Assembly: GCA_049320885.1 (NCBI GenBank)
Contig: JBMORA010000053.1
Coordinates: 1-56,813 of the forward strand
Length of the DNA: 56,813 bases
DNA from: Thermodesulfobacteriota bacterium
GTDB taxonomy: Bacteria; Desulfobacterota; Desulfobacteria; Desulfobacterales; SURF-7
Direction: 5' to 3'
Position 1 is the first letter of the stretch. Every line of letters begins with the position of its first letter. The notes under the pieces are model-generated. The model searched no databases. It had not been told where the DNA came from and worked only from the letters and a program-made list of their open reading frames with translations. Of the stretch, positions 9,732-19,150 are shown piece after piece. The translations under genes were made by a program, and so were the position numbers.

Positions 9732-11126
9732 TCAGATATGTCGGAGGGCGTCCACAATCACCATCCTGCCCGCTTTCCTCGCCGGAAACAGGGATGAGGT
9801 CACGGACAGCAGTACCAGCCCCAGCCAGCAACCGGGGGCCAAAAAAGAGTTCTGAAACACCAGGATCGTCAGGGGCACGCGGTCCACATAATTGGGCGGA
9901 ATCCAGGTGAAGCCGCATTCGTTGAAGCCCGCGGCGATGACCACGGAAGCGGCGGCGCCCAGAGTGGCCCCCAGAACGCCCAGCACGAAGCCTTCGGCGA
10001 TGAACTGCCGCAGGATCCCGCCCCGCCTCATACCGAGGGCCCGGATGGTCCCGATCTCATCGACCCGTTCCATGACGCTCATGGTCATGGTGTTGATGAT
10101 GGTAAACAGGACGATAATGCACATGATGATGGCGATGAAACTGAACAGGGCGAACAAAAAGGAGATGACCTGACGGTACATGGGAACGATCACGGTATAG
10201 TCCCTGATTTCCATATCCAGGCGGTTTTCGTCAAACAACTGCTGGAGCCTGGAGCTGACAAAGGGGATATCCTTTGTATGATGGAGCTGGATGACGATAC
10301 CGGTGACTTTTTTCTCGCCCTTGCCGTATATCAGGCGCTGGGCCAGGGAAATGTTCATGGCCACGTAATTGTCATCCAGGGCTTTCACCGCCTGGATTTC
10401 GGTGTTGTTGACATACAGGGTGACGACATTGGGGGCGCCGCTGGCGGTGGCCGCCAGCAGGTCGAGCTTGGGGCGCTTGTCGGCATTCTCAGGCACCGGG
10501 TCCGATTCGGTCAGAAACGTGAAGTCTTCCGGAGGATCGGCAGAGGCATCGTCCGGTGCTTCAGGCGGTTTTTCCACGCAGTTGGCGACGTTCAGCTCCT
10601 TGCAGAGCAGCAGCATCCGGGCCATGCCCTCGCCGATGATGCCGGCTTCGGTGTCCTGGTCGGAAAGCACGATCCGATGACGGCGGGAGGATCTGCGGTG
10701 CATGTGGTAGTCGTTCCAGGTCCGCATTTTTTCAAATTCCGAGGGCACATAGCCGACGCCGAAAAAGGTCTTGGAAACGTTTTTTTGAAAATTGCCGGCA
10801 ATGCCGTACAGTTTGAGGATGGGGGTCACGACCCGGATATACTCCCTCAGTTGCGGATCCCCGGCGATCCGTTGCATGAGTTCCGGATAGCCGCTGATTC
10901 CGTAAGCCACGGGATTGCCGGCGCCGTAATCGAAAAATCCTTTTCGGTACACATGCAGATGACCGTTGTCCCGGACGAATTCGGACTGCATGCCGTAGAC
11001 GATATGGGCCACGTAACCGCCGAACAGGTGCACGGCCACGGAGCTGACGGCGATGGCCAGGATGGTCATGAGCGAACGGCGGCTGTTGCGGAAAATGTTG
11101 CGGAAAGCGATATGAAGGGTTCGCAT
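9732..11126 (-). CDS. ABC transporter permease, LolC/E-MacB type
   Basis: AFRNIFRNSRRS, ERVDEIGTIRALGM, PARKA..IVDALRH. Confidence 0.9.
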   Translation of the reverse strand: MRTLHIAFRNIFRNSRRSLMTILAIAVSSVAVHLFGGYVAHIVYGMQSEFVRDNGHLHVYRKGFFDYGAGNPVAYGISGYPELMQRIAGDPQLREYIRVVTPILKLYGIAGNFQKNVSKTFFGVGYVPSEFEKMRTWNDYHMHRRSSRRHRIVLSDQDTEAGIIGEGMARMLLLCKELNVANCVEKPPEAPDDASADPPEDFTFLTESDPVPENADKRPKLDLLAATASGAPNVVTLYVNNTEIQAVKALDDNYVAMNISLAQRLIYGKGEKKVTGIVIQLHHTKDIPFVSSRLQQLFDENRLDMEIRDYTVIVPMYRQVISFLFALFSFIAIIMCIIVLFTIINTMTMSVMERVDEIGTIRALGMRRGGILRQFIAEGFVLGVLGATLGAAASVVIAAGFNECGFTWIPPNYVDRVPLTILVFQNSFLAPGCWLGLVLLSVTSSLFPARKAGRMVIVDALRHI

Positions 11127-11127
11127 G

Positions 11128-11826
11128 CTACAACTCCTTTTCCGACAGCAATAAACCGTCATGGATTTCAAACACCTTGGCCGCATGTTCCATGACCTGG
11201 CGGTCGTGGGAGGAAAAAATGAAGGTCGTATGGTTTTCCGCCTGCATGGCATACATGAGATCGATGATGCTTTGTCCGGTTTTGGAATCCAGATTGGCCG
11301 TGGGTTCGTCCGCCAGCACCAGTTTCGGCTCTTTCACCAGGGCCCGGGCGATGGCCACCCGCTGGCGCTGTCCGCCGCTCAATTCGTTGGGCCGATGATT
11401 CCAGTGGCTGGAGAGTCCCACGGCTTCGAGCATCTTCAGGGTCAGTTCCCGGCGCTCTTTCGCCGGCTTTTTCATCATCAACAGGGGGTATTCCACGTTT
11501 TCATAAGCCGACAGCACCGGAATGAGGTTGAAATTCTGGAAGATGAAACCGATGTTCGCCGCCCGGAAATCCGCTGCCTGGTTGTCGGTCATCCGGGCGA
11601 TTTCCCGGCCGCAGACCTCCACGTGTCCCGAGGAGGGGATATCGATGCATCCCAGCAGGTTCAGGAGGGTGGTCTTGCCGCTGCCGGAGGGTCCGATGAT
11701 GACGTTGAAGCGTTTTACGGGAATCTGCATGGTGATGCCCTTGATGGCCTCGACTTCCACTTTTCCCATGAGATACGTTTTCCTCACATTGATGAGACGA
11801 ACCGCGTATTCGTTGCTGTCCAGCAT
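11128..11826 (-). CDS. ABC transporter ATP-binding protein, LolD-like
   Basis: GPSGSGKTT, LSGGQRQRVAIARAL, DEPTANLD, SHD. Confidence 0.93.
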   Translation of the reverse strand: MLDSNEYAVRLINVRKTYLMGKVEVEAIKGITMQIPVKRFNVIIGPSGSGKTTLLNLLGCIDIPSSGHVEVCGREIARMTDNQAADFRAANIGFIFQNFNLIPVLSAYENVEYPLLMMKKPAKERRELTLKMLEAVGLSSHWNHRPNELSGGQRQRVAIARALVKEPKLVLADEPTANLDSKTGQSIIDLMYAMQAENHTTFIFSSHDRQVMEHAAKVFEIHDGLLLSEKEL

Positions 11827-12122
11827 GCATCTCTCCTGTGGGCTGGCATCGGCCGCTATCCGGCATGGTTTTCCGGCTCCGGCCATTTCCCATTTGGTTC
11901 AGCGGGATGATGAAGTAGCAAGGGTTGAATCGTTCCGCCGCGAACGATCCGCCGATATGCTTATCAAATCCGGACGGCGATTGTAAAGAGATTGTTATGG
12001 AAGCAACCGGGCTGTTAAACAAGACGACTCGAAAAATGGAGAACGGGAGAATTCAGAGTCCATGTCGGTATCCGAAACTCGTTTTGATTCAATGAGTCTG
12101 GCCCAACCCCATCAACTTATTG

Positions 12123-13679
12123 TCATCCTGAACGCCAGCTTTTCCTGCCAAAAGAAATTCCCAGCTTATTCATGCGCTTACGTAGTGTGCTGGGGTTTAT
12201 GCTCAAGATCTGCGCCGCTCCACCCGGTCCATAGATCTTGCCGCCTGCTTTCTCCAGAGCCCGCCTGATATAGCGGGCGTTCATCTCATCAAGTGACGTA
12301 AAAGGCTCTTCCGGGCTTTGGCCCTGGAGAACCTTGCCCGGATACTCTTGGGGAATAAGCGCTTCGAATGACAGGGGAGCCCCCGCACGGTGCCGTATGA
12401 GAGCCCGCTCGATTGTGTTTTCGAGCTCCCGCACGTTGCCGTGCCAGTCGTAGGCTGTGAGCTTCTCGATGGCATCGGCGGCCAGCCTGGGCTTTTCCTT
12501 TAGTTTCAACTCTATGGACTTGCGGTGAATGAAGTGGTGCACAAGGGATGGAATATCGCCTTTTCTCTGCCGAAGAGGCGGGATCAGAATGGGAAAGACA
12601 TTGAGGCGGAACCAGAGGTCTTCCCGGAATTGTCCGGATCCAACCATCTCCTGCAAATTCCTGTGGGTGGCCGAAATGACCCGGATGTCCACGGGTATGG
12701 ACTGGGTACCGCCGACGCGCTCGATCTCTTTTTTTTGCAGCACGTGCAGCAATCTTACCTGGGCCTGGGGTGGGAGTTCTCCTATTTCGTCAAGAAAGAT
12801 GGTGCCCTTGTCGGCCCGTTCGAAACGTCCCCTCTTCTGGCCGATGGCTCCGGTGAAAGCCCCTTTCTCGTGGCCGAAAAGCTCGCTGTCTAAAAGCGTC
12901 TCCGGGATGGCGCCGCAATTCACCTTGATGAACGGGCTGTCCCTGCGCGGGGAAAAGCTGTGGATCGCATGGGCGATGACCTCCTTCCCCGTGCCGGTTT
13001 CACCCAGCAGGAGCACGGGACTGTCGAGGGGTGCCACCTGTTCGACCATTCGCATCACCATGCTCAGGCCGAAATCTGCCCCAACAATTTCGTTTCCCGA
13101 AATCCAGCGCAGCTCGTCCAGCAAGTACTTGTTATCATCCTCTAGCATCTGCTTGAACCGGATGACCTCTTGATGCTTGAGTGCGTTGGACATGGCAATG
13201 GTTAGTGGCTGGCGGAGCAGTCGCACCAGTCGGGCATGCTCATCGGTATATTGATTGACGCCGTCCGCCATTAATCCGAGATGGCCGATCTGATTGCTTT
13301 CGAGCTCAAGGGCCATGTGCATGAATGAATAGTTTTCATGTTGGCCAAGTCTTTCCAGCAATTCTTTGGGCATGAGCTTTGAATCTGGCTTATTGATAAT
13401 CCGGATGACATCGTCGCTCTTCAGGACAGCCGCCCTTTCACGACGCCCCTTCTCGGGTAAATGCACTATCCGCTCGTAATTTTCAGGCAGATTGGCGCCG
13501 ACATGCGCCACGAATTGCAAGGTATTTTCTTCAAGATTCACCATGTCCAGACCCATCCGCACCACTGGAATGAAGTTTCTGATGTACTCATAGCAGCGTT
13601 TCAGACCGGCCTCGATATCAAGGCTGCTGCACAGACGTAGCGTTGCCTCTAGAAAGAAAACGTTCCTGTCGGTGCTCAT
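12123..13679 (-). CDS. sigma54-dependent enhancer-binding protein (GAF-like - AAA+ - Fis HTH)
   Basis: GETGTGKE, intact GAFTGA, FLDEIGE, WHGNVREL, C-terminal HTH. Confidence 0.93.
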   Translation of the reverse strand: MSTDRNVFFLEATLRLCSSLDIEAGLKRCYEYIRNFIPVVRMGLDMVNLEENTLQFVAHVGANLPENYERIVHLPEKGRRERAAVLKSDDVIRIINKPDSKLMPKELLERLGQHENYSFMHMALELESNQIGHLGLMADGVNQYTDEHARLVRLLRQPLTIAMSNALKHQEVIRFKQMLEDDNKYLLDELRWISGNEIVGADFGLSMVMRMVEQVAPLDSPVLLLGETGTGKEVIAHAIHSFSPRRDSPFIKVNCGAIPETLLDSELFGHEKGAFTGAIGQKRGRFERADKGTIFLDEIGELPPQAQVRLLHVLQKKEIERVGGTQSIPVDIRVISATHRNLQEMVGSGQFREDLWFRLNVFPILIPPLRQRKGDIPSLVHHFIHRKSIELKLKEKPRLAADAIEKLTAYDWHGNVRELENTIERALIRHRAGAPLSFEALIPQEYPGKVLQGQSPEEPFTSLDEMNARYIRRALEKAGGKIYGPGGAAQILSINPSTLRKRMNKLGISFGRKSWRSG

Positions 13680-13713
13680 TATCTTGCCCTCCACGATTCA
13701 GCCGGACAATAGC

Positions 13714-13765
13714 ACGAAATGAGACCATGGCGCAATAGCTTTTACCCCATAGGGCGAAATCGCTT
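13714..13765. promoter_or_regulatory. 52-bp candidate upstream activator sequence, copy A
   Basis: 41/52 ungapped identity to 17462..17513 by manual alignment. Confidence 0.7.
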
Positions 13766-13820
13766 GCATCCGATCCGACTATCAATTCATAAGTATCAGA
13801 TATCATATAATAAGTATGCA

Positions 13821-13836
13821 TGGCACGAGTCTTGAT
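13821..13836 (+). promoter_or_regulatory. sigma54 -24/-12 promoter (near-consensus)
   Basis: TGGCAC-GAGTC-TTGAT. Confidence 0.6.
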
Positions 13837-13909
13837 AGACCAGAGGACGTTGCGACGGAAGAATAGCAGGGGAAAAAGGATGATAGCCCGTATTCGAAGG
13901 AGAAATACA

Positions 13910-14926
13910 ATGACCATTATCAAGAAAGCACTGGTGGCCCTGTTGGCATTGTGCGCAGTCGGATGCGTGACGCGAAATAGCCTGGCTTACGATGGGGTAT
14001 GGACGTTGATTATCGAAAACGACGCATTCACAAATTCCGACAACAACTACACGAACGGCGTAGGTATTTCGTGGGTGTCAGCCGATCTCGGCACCTACGA
14101 CGGCGAAAAGTTCGTCAGCAAATGGGGGCGATTCTGGAAATTTCTGCCGTTCGTCCTGGATGAAGGCTACACCACTTATGCCTCTTGGTCCGTTGTCCAG
14201 GAGATGAATACCCCAAACGATATCGACAACCCGAATCCGCCCAATGACGACCAACCCTATTCCGGCGTTCTGTATACGGACAGCATGCTTTATGCGCGAA
14301 AAGAACGTTGGGGACACGCATGGCAGCTCAAACTGGGGGTGGTGGGTCCGTCTTCGCATGCGGAAGATGTTCAGAAGTGGTTCCACGATGTAACCGGAAA
14401 TAAAGAGCCGAAGGGGTGGCATACACAACTTCCGGATGAACCGGTTATCAACCTCGGCTACACGGTCGCGCACTTGGCCGCCGAAGGACAGGCAGGCGGA
14501 TTGGCCGAATGGAGAATCGTTCCGATAGGGACCGCCGGTTTCGGCACATACTTCACGGGTGCGGGACTCGGCATCTATGGAGAAGTCGGCTGGAATCTGG
14601 TGGATTCCTTCGGCGGGGCAGCCCTGCGAGCAGGGCTCAACGGAGCCTCAACCATCGGCGCCGGGCCGGCGAATGGATGGTCCGTGGCATTCTTCGGCGG
14701 GCTTGGGGGGTTTGGCGTCGTTCACTACTTGCCGCTCGACGGAACGGTTTTCAGGGACAGCCGGTCGGTCGACTCGGAGCCGTTCATCGGTATGGCCTCA
14801 TACGGTTTCTCCGTGCGACATGGCCGATTCGCCTTAAACTACGCTACGACCATGTTTACAGACACTTTTAAAACCGAGCGGGAAAACTCTCAGTTCGGGA
14901 CGGTAAGCCTGTCATGGTATTTTTGA
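13910..14926 (+). CDS. LpxR-family (DUF2219) outer-membrane beta-barrel
   Basis: IENDAF..DNNYTNG, QEMNTP, DQPYSG, GVVGPSS, GWHTQL, terminal F; AAGGAG RBS. Confidence 0.85.
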   Translation: MTIIKKALVALLALCAVGCVTRNSLAYDGVWTLIIENDAFTNSDNNYTNGVGISWVSADLGTYDGEKFVSKWGRFWKFLPFVLDEGYTTYASWSVVQEMNTPNDIDNPNPPNDDQPYSGVLYTDSMLYARKERWGHAWQLKLGVVGPSSHAEDVQKWFHDVTGNKEPKGWHTQLPDEPVINLGYTVAHLAAEGQAGGLAEWRIVPIGTAGFGTYFTGAGLGIYGEVGWNLVDSFGGAALRAGLNGASTIGAGPANGWSVAFFGGLGGFGVVHYLPLDGTVFRDSRSVDSEPFIGMASYGFSVRHGRFALNYATTMFTDTFKTERENSQFGTVSLSWYF

Positions 14927-14953
14927 TCTTTCCATGATTTGGCCGCCGATGAA

Positions 14954-15988
14954 ATGAAAAAAGGAGAAAAAGAGCACCTGGAATTCGCTGCCAATATCGA
15001 TCTGATCGATTGCCTGCCGTTTGGCCTTTACGAAGCGGTTTTTGAGAAGATTTCGGGGGATACGTATAATGCGGAGCTTGCAGAGGGAGCCTATGTCACG
15101 CGCTTCGAGCGGCGAAGCCTCGACGACATCCGCGCGATGGGCGGCAACAGCCCGGAAGACGACCGCTGCTTTGCCGCCGTGGCCCGCCTGTCCGAGGTGA
15201 ACAACAGCCTTTACCGCAATACAGCGCAACCGTTCATGCGGGCAATGGCCACTGAAACGAGCGCCGAAATGCTGCGGCGCATGCATCCGCTACGGTTGTC
15301 CTACGAGCTTATATCCGACCGCAATCCATTGGTTCAGCCGTTGGCCAAGGCGGCCGAACAGGTGCTGGCCGACCGTCAGCCTGCGAAGGCCGGCAATATT
15401 TTCCTGCAATGGGAGCAATATTTTTCGGAATGGATGCAGTTGGGCCTGGACGCTTTCCGGGAGTGGCGGGACATGCTTTCCGAGCAGATGTTTTTCATGG
15501 TCTATCAGCAGCCCTTGCTGCACGCCATGCTGGGACTGCAGGCGGTGAACGATGGGCCCAGGAGTAATCCGGGCTGGGACAGCGATCACCGTGCGTTTGT
15601 CAATGGTCGGATCGAAGAACTGAAGGCCCGGATGGACAAGGGGGGCCCCGCCGCGGCGGCGCTGCGCGCCATGGTGTATGTGAGCCTGCCGGAAAACGCT
15701 GCCGATGAACGGGGTTTCGAGATGCTTCGTCGCATCAGGGATGAGCAAGGCGAAAAAATGAGCCTGGCTGAATTCAAGGAGTTGCTGCGGGAGCAGTATT
15801 TAATGCTGCGGTTGAACGAAAAAAGAGCCATCGAGCTGATCCCGGGGATGCTCAAAGGCCATGAAAAAGATAGCGCCAAACTGCTTGACTATCTCCGCAA
15901 AGTGGTCACCGCCGGAGGGCCGTTGAACGAAGAAGGGCGAAAACGGTTGGCCCAAATGGAGCGGATATTCGCTGGCCAAGGTCTTTGA
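14954..15988 (+). pseudogene. C-terminal half of a DUF3141-family protein (N-terminal hydrolase-like part absent)
   Basis: KEH.EF..NIDLID.LP.GLYEAVF, RSLDDIRAMGGN, MHPLRL match the remembered DUF3141 C-terminal region; begins abruptly after the LpxR-like stop. Confidence 0.65.
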
Positions 15989-16040
15989 CAAAAATAATCG
16001 TACATCTTCTTTTTCTTGTAAAAATTGCGAGGAGACGAGT

Positions 16041-17360
16041 TTGGCTTCCGAATACCCATTGAATTCATACCCGCGCGATCTGGCGCGGTTCGTCCGGAAC
16101 CGCTGGCAAGCTGTCGACGTCAACCGTACGGTCTCGCTCCCCGGAGAGTCGATATTAGAACATCTCATTTCGGTGAGCTACCAGACCAGTCTGCTTCGAG
16201 AAGAGGAACGGCCCATAAGATTCAGGCTCATATTTATGGATCCCGATCGATTCCCATCCGATCATGCGCCGGCAGTCGGTCTTCATAACCTTTTACTTAG
16301 AGACATGCTGCCATTTACCGTGCGTGAATTACGAAAACTTTCGCCTGCAGTAGATTTCTACGGCTCCCTGATAGGATTGTGGCACGCTGGAAGAAACGGA
16401 TTGTCCATTTGGGGAATTGTTCATTCCGGACCACAATGGGCCCAGAGCCTCCACGGAGGCGGGAAAGGGTTTCAACCACTTCCTGACTCTCTCGTGATCA
16501 GCGTCACCAATCCGGGTCGCATGACCATCAGCAATGGCTCCACCGAAATCGCCACACTATTTGACGGAAAAATCGTTTGCCCGTCAACGGCGGTTTTTGA
16601 TTCCATATGGATCCGTTCAGAATTCAGCTCCATAGTCGATGAGGAACTCGCACTCCACCGGGAAGCGCGCAAATGTGCGAAAAAGCCTTGGGCGGCAATT
16701 AGTCCGGATTTCTTCGGGACAATAAAAAAACAGGCCTTTATGAGAATTATAGGCAGGATTCGTTCCTATCGGCATGGGGGCACCGTGTTTTTCATTCCCG
16801 ATGAGCTCAAAGAGCAGTTTTTATCTGAGAATCCTTACGCAAAGCTTAAGTACAGATTCGTCGTCGAAGAATCGCGCAGACGATTTCGCACCCTAATAGT
16901 AGAATTAGCCAATGAACTGGCGGAATTTTATGGAACTCCTGAAAATCCTGAAAGAATGGTGGGCTGGTCGGAATACCTTGCAAAAAACAATCAAACTCTT
17001 TCCCGGCTGGATGAATCGGTCTTCGAATGGGCCCACCTGGTTGCCGGCATGACGCAGGTGGATGGCGCTGTTTTTATAACACAGAGAATGGAACTGATCG
17101 GTTTTGGAGCCCAAATATCCGGCAAACTGGAGCGGGTCGATGAGGTGGCCATAGCTTATGACTCAGAAGGAATCGAACGCCGGAAGGAGCTGACCGACGG
17201 CGTCGGGACCCGCCACTATTCAGCTTACAGTTTATGCAATGCGCTTCGTAACGTAGTGGCGATCGTTGTTTCACAGGATGGAACGGCTCAGCTCATCAAA
17301 TGGACCGGTAATATGGTGACGGTATGGAAACATTTGTCATCAAGCTTGATTGAGGGATAG
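16041..17360 (+). CDS. Putative N-terminal sensor (DACNV-like) plus DisA_N/diadenylate-cyclase-like domain
   Basis: SYQTSLLREEERPIRF N-terminus; VDGA, GTRHYSA and IVVSQDG motifs. Confidence 0.75.
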   Translation: MASEYPLNSYPRDLARFVRNRWQAVDVNRTVSLPGESILEHLISVSYQTSLLREEERPIRFRLIFMDPDRFPSDHAPAVGLHNLLLRDMLPFTVRELRKLSPAVDFYGSLIGLWHAGRNGLSIWGIVHSGPQWAQSLHGGGKGFQPLPDSLVISVTNPGRMTISNGSTEIATLFDGKIVCPSTAVFDSIWIRSEFSSIVDEELALHREARKCAKKPWAAISPDFFGTIKKQAFMRIIGRIRSYRHGGTVFFIPDELKEQFLSENPYAKLKYRFVVEESRRRFRTLIVELANELAEFYGTPENPERMVGWSEYLAKNNQTLSRLDESVFEWAHLVAGMTQVDGAVFITQRMELIGFGAQISGKLERVDEVAIAYDSEGIERRKELTDGVGTRHYSAYSLCNALRNVVAIVVSQDGTAQLIKWTGNMVTVWKHLSSSLIEG

Positions 17361-17461
17361 CAGCGCGATGTTGGAAGAATTGAAATACAAAATGAATGAT
17401 TTCATTTTCCGGATAGAATGGTGCGCGTCCCGGAAAGCATTTGTATTGTTGGTGCCATGGA

Positions 17462-17513
17462 ACGAAATCAGACCATAGTGCAGATAGTTTCACCCCATGG
17501 GGCGAAATCACTT
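17462..17513. promoter_or_regulatory. 52-bp candidate upstream activator sequence, copy B
   Basis: Contains near-palindrome TTTCACCCCATGGGGCGAAA. Confidence 0.7.
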
Positions 17514-17566
17514 CCCCCAACAGGACATCACTACGTAATTATTGGAATTCGCATAATTAATTCGAT

Positions 17567-17582
17567 TGGCACATCTTGTGCT
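17567..17582 (+). promoter_or_regulatory. sigma54 -24/-12 promoter
   Basis: TGGCAC-ATCTT-GTGCT. Confidence 0.7.
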
Positions 17583-17625
17583 GGATCAGAGGTAAGCCCG
17601 AAGGAGAAATAGAAGGAGAAACACC

Positions 17626-17913
17626 ATGAAATGGCTTGAAATCATTACATTACGTTCTCTTGTTAAAGCGAACAGACAATTGGTCGATGAGCTCTTGCGC
17701 CAGGTCTTCCAGCAGAAGGAATCAGGGCTCGCCGACTCAATCAGTGTCTATCACCATCCCACGATAGAGACGGATTTGAGTATTCACATTCACTGGAAAA
17801 CAGAGGAGCGCCTTCCAAGCAACAGTCCTCTTGGGCAACAGCTTTCCCATGCGCTGAAAGACCTGGGTTTGCTCAGTTATTCCATTTGGGTGGAAGCTCC
17901 GGCCACCGAGTGA
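17626..17913 (+). CDS. Small hypothetical protein
   Basis: AAGGAG RBS; directly after sigma54 promoter. Confidence 0.75.
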   Translation: MKWLEIITLRSLVKANRQLVDELLRQVFQQKESGLADSISVYHHPTIETDLSIHIHWKTEERLPSNSPLGQQLSHALKDLGLLSYSIWVEAPATE

Positions 17914-18010
17914 CCATTGGTCCTCGAAACTGGCGATTATGGGCGCATAAATTTACTATAAGTAACCGTTATACTAAGCGATGACGAAGTGCAATCGGAG
18001 GTAAAGAAAA

Positions 18011-19150
18011 ATGATATCCGACAAAACAAGAATGGTTTTTCTGTTGATCGCCGGTTTTGGGTTGTTGTTGGCGGCATGCGGAAAAGAGAAAGAGGTAAAG
18101 GCGACAAAAGAGGTGGTTCGACCGATTAAGATGATGAACGTCACGTCGGGAGCGGATGCAATTCAGCTCAAATTCCCGGGCATGGTGCGGGCTGCCAAAA
18201 GGGCGGATCTGGCCTTCCAGGTGGGAGGAACCCTCAGGCAGTTCCCTTTGGACGAAGGCCAATTGGTCAAGGAGGGCCAGCTCATCGGTCAACTCGACCA
18301 GAGGGATTTCCTGAACAACCTCCGCAATGCCCGGGGCCAGCTCGAAAAGGCCAAGGCGGCCCTCGAGAGCGCCCGGAGCGAGTACGACAGAATCCTGCGG
18401 ATTCAGAAACAGGACCCGGGCGCTGCGAGTGAAAGCATGGTGGTGTTGCGCCGCCAAGCGCTCGACCAGTCCAAAGCGGAGATCGAATCCGCCCAGGCGG
18501 CTGTGGACACTGCGCGGGACCAGCTCGGCTACACAACCCTGCAAGCGCCTTTTGGCGGCGTCGTTTCCAAGAGATATGTGGACAATTACCAGGAAATTCA
18601 TGCCAAGGAACCGATTGTCAGCCTGGACGATGTTTCATCCGTCGAGATCCTGGTTGATCTGCCCGAACTCATCGTGGCCACGTTAACAGCCGACGGTGAG
18701 AGTCAAGTGATGGCCGAATTTGCCGCTGCCCCTGGCAAGCGATACCCCCTGGCGATTAAGGAACGCGCAATGCGCGCAGATCCGAAAACCCAAACGTACC
18801 AGGTGGTGTTTCTGATGCCTCAGCCGGATGACATCAATGTGCTTCCCGGAATGACGGCAACGGTCACCGGTGTCGGCCGGATGCAGGAAGAGAGAAAAGA
18901 GCCGTTCATTGTACCGGCCGTTGCGATAGTGGCAGACATGGCCGGCAAACCGAGTGTTTGGATTGTGGACAAGGAGACCTCGAAGGTTCAGCGAAGAGCG
19001 GTAAAGACCGGCGATTTGACCGGAACCGACAGCATCGAGATTATTGATGGCCTCAAGTCCGGAGAAACCATCGCCATCAGCGGAGTCAGCCGGCTCCGGG
19101 AGGGGATGCGGGTGAAGGATTTGACCAAGATGGAGGGGTATACATCATGA
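18011..19150 (+). CDS. RND efflux periplasmic adaptor (MFP), lipoprotein
   Basis: LAAC lipobox, LAFQVGG, LQAPFGGVV. Confidence 0.92.
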   Translation: MISDKTRMVFLLIAGFGLLLAACGKEKEVKATKEVVRPIKMMNVTSGADAIQLKFPGMVRAAKRADLAFQVGGTLRQFPLDEGQLVKEGQLIGQLDQRDFLNNLRNARGQLEKAKAALESARSEYDRILRIQKQDPGAASESMVVLRRQALDQSKAEIESAQAAVDTARDQLGYTTLQAPFGGVVSKRYVDNYQEIHAKEPIVSLDDVSSVEILVDLPELIVATLTADGESQVMAEFAAAPGKRYPLAIKERAMRADPKTQTYQVVFLMPQPDDINVLPGMTATVTGVGRMQEERKEPFIVPAVAIVADMAGKPSVWIVDKETSKVQRRAVKTGDLTGTDSIEIIDGLKSGETIAISGVSRLREGMRVKDLTKMEGYTS

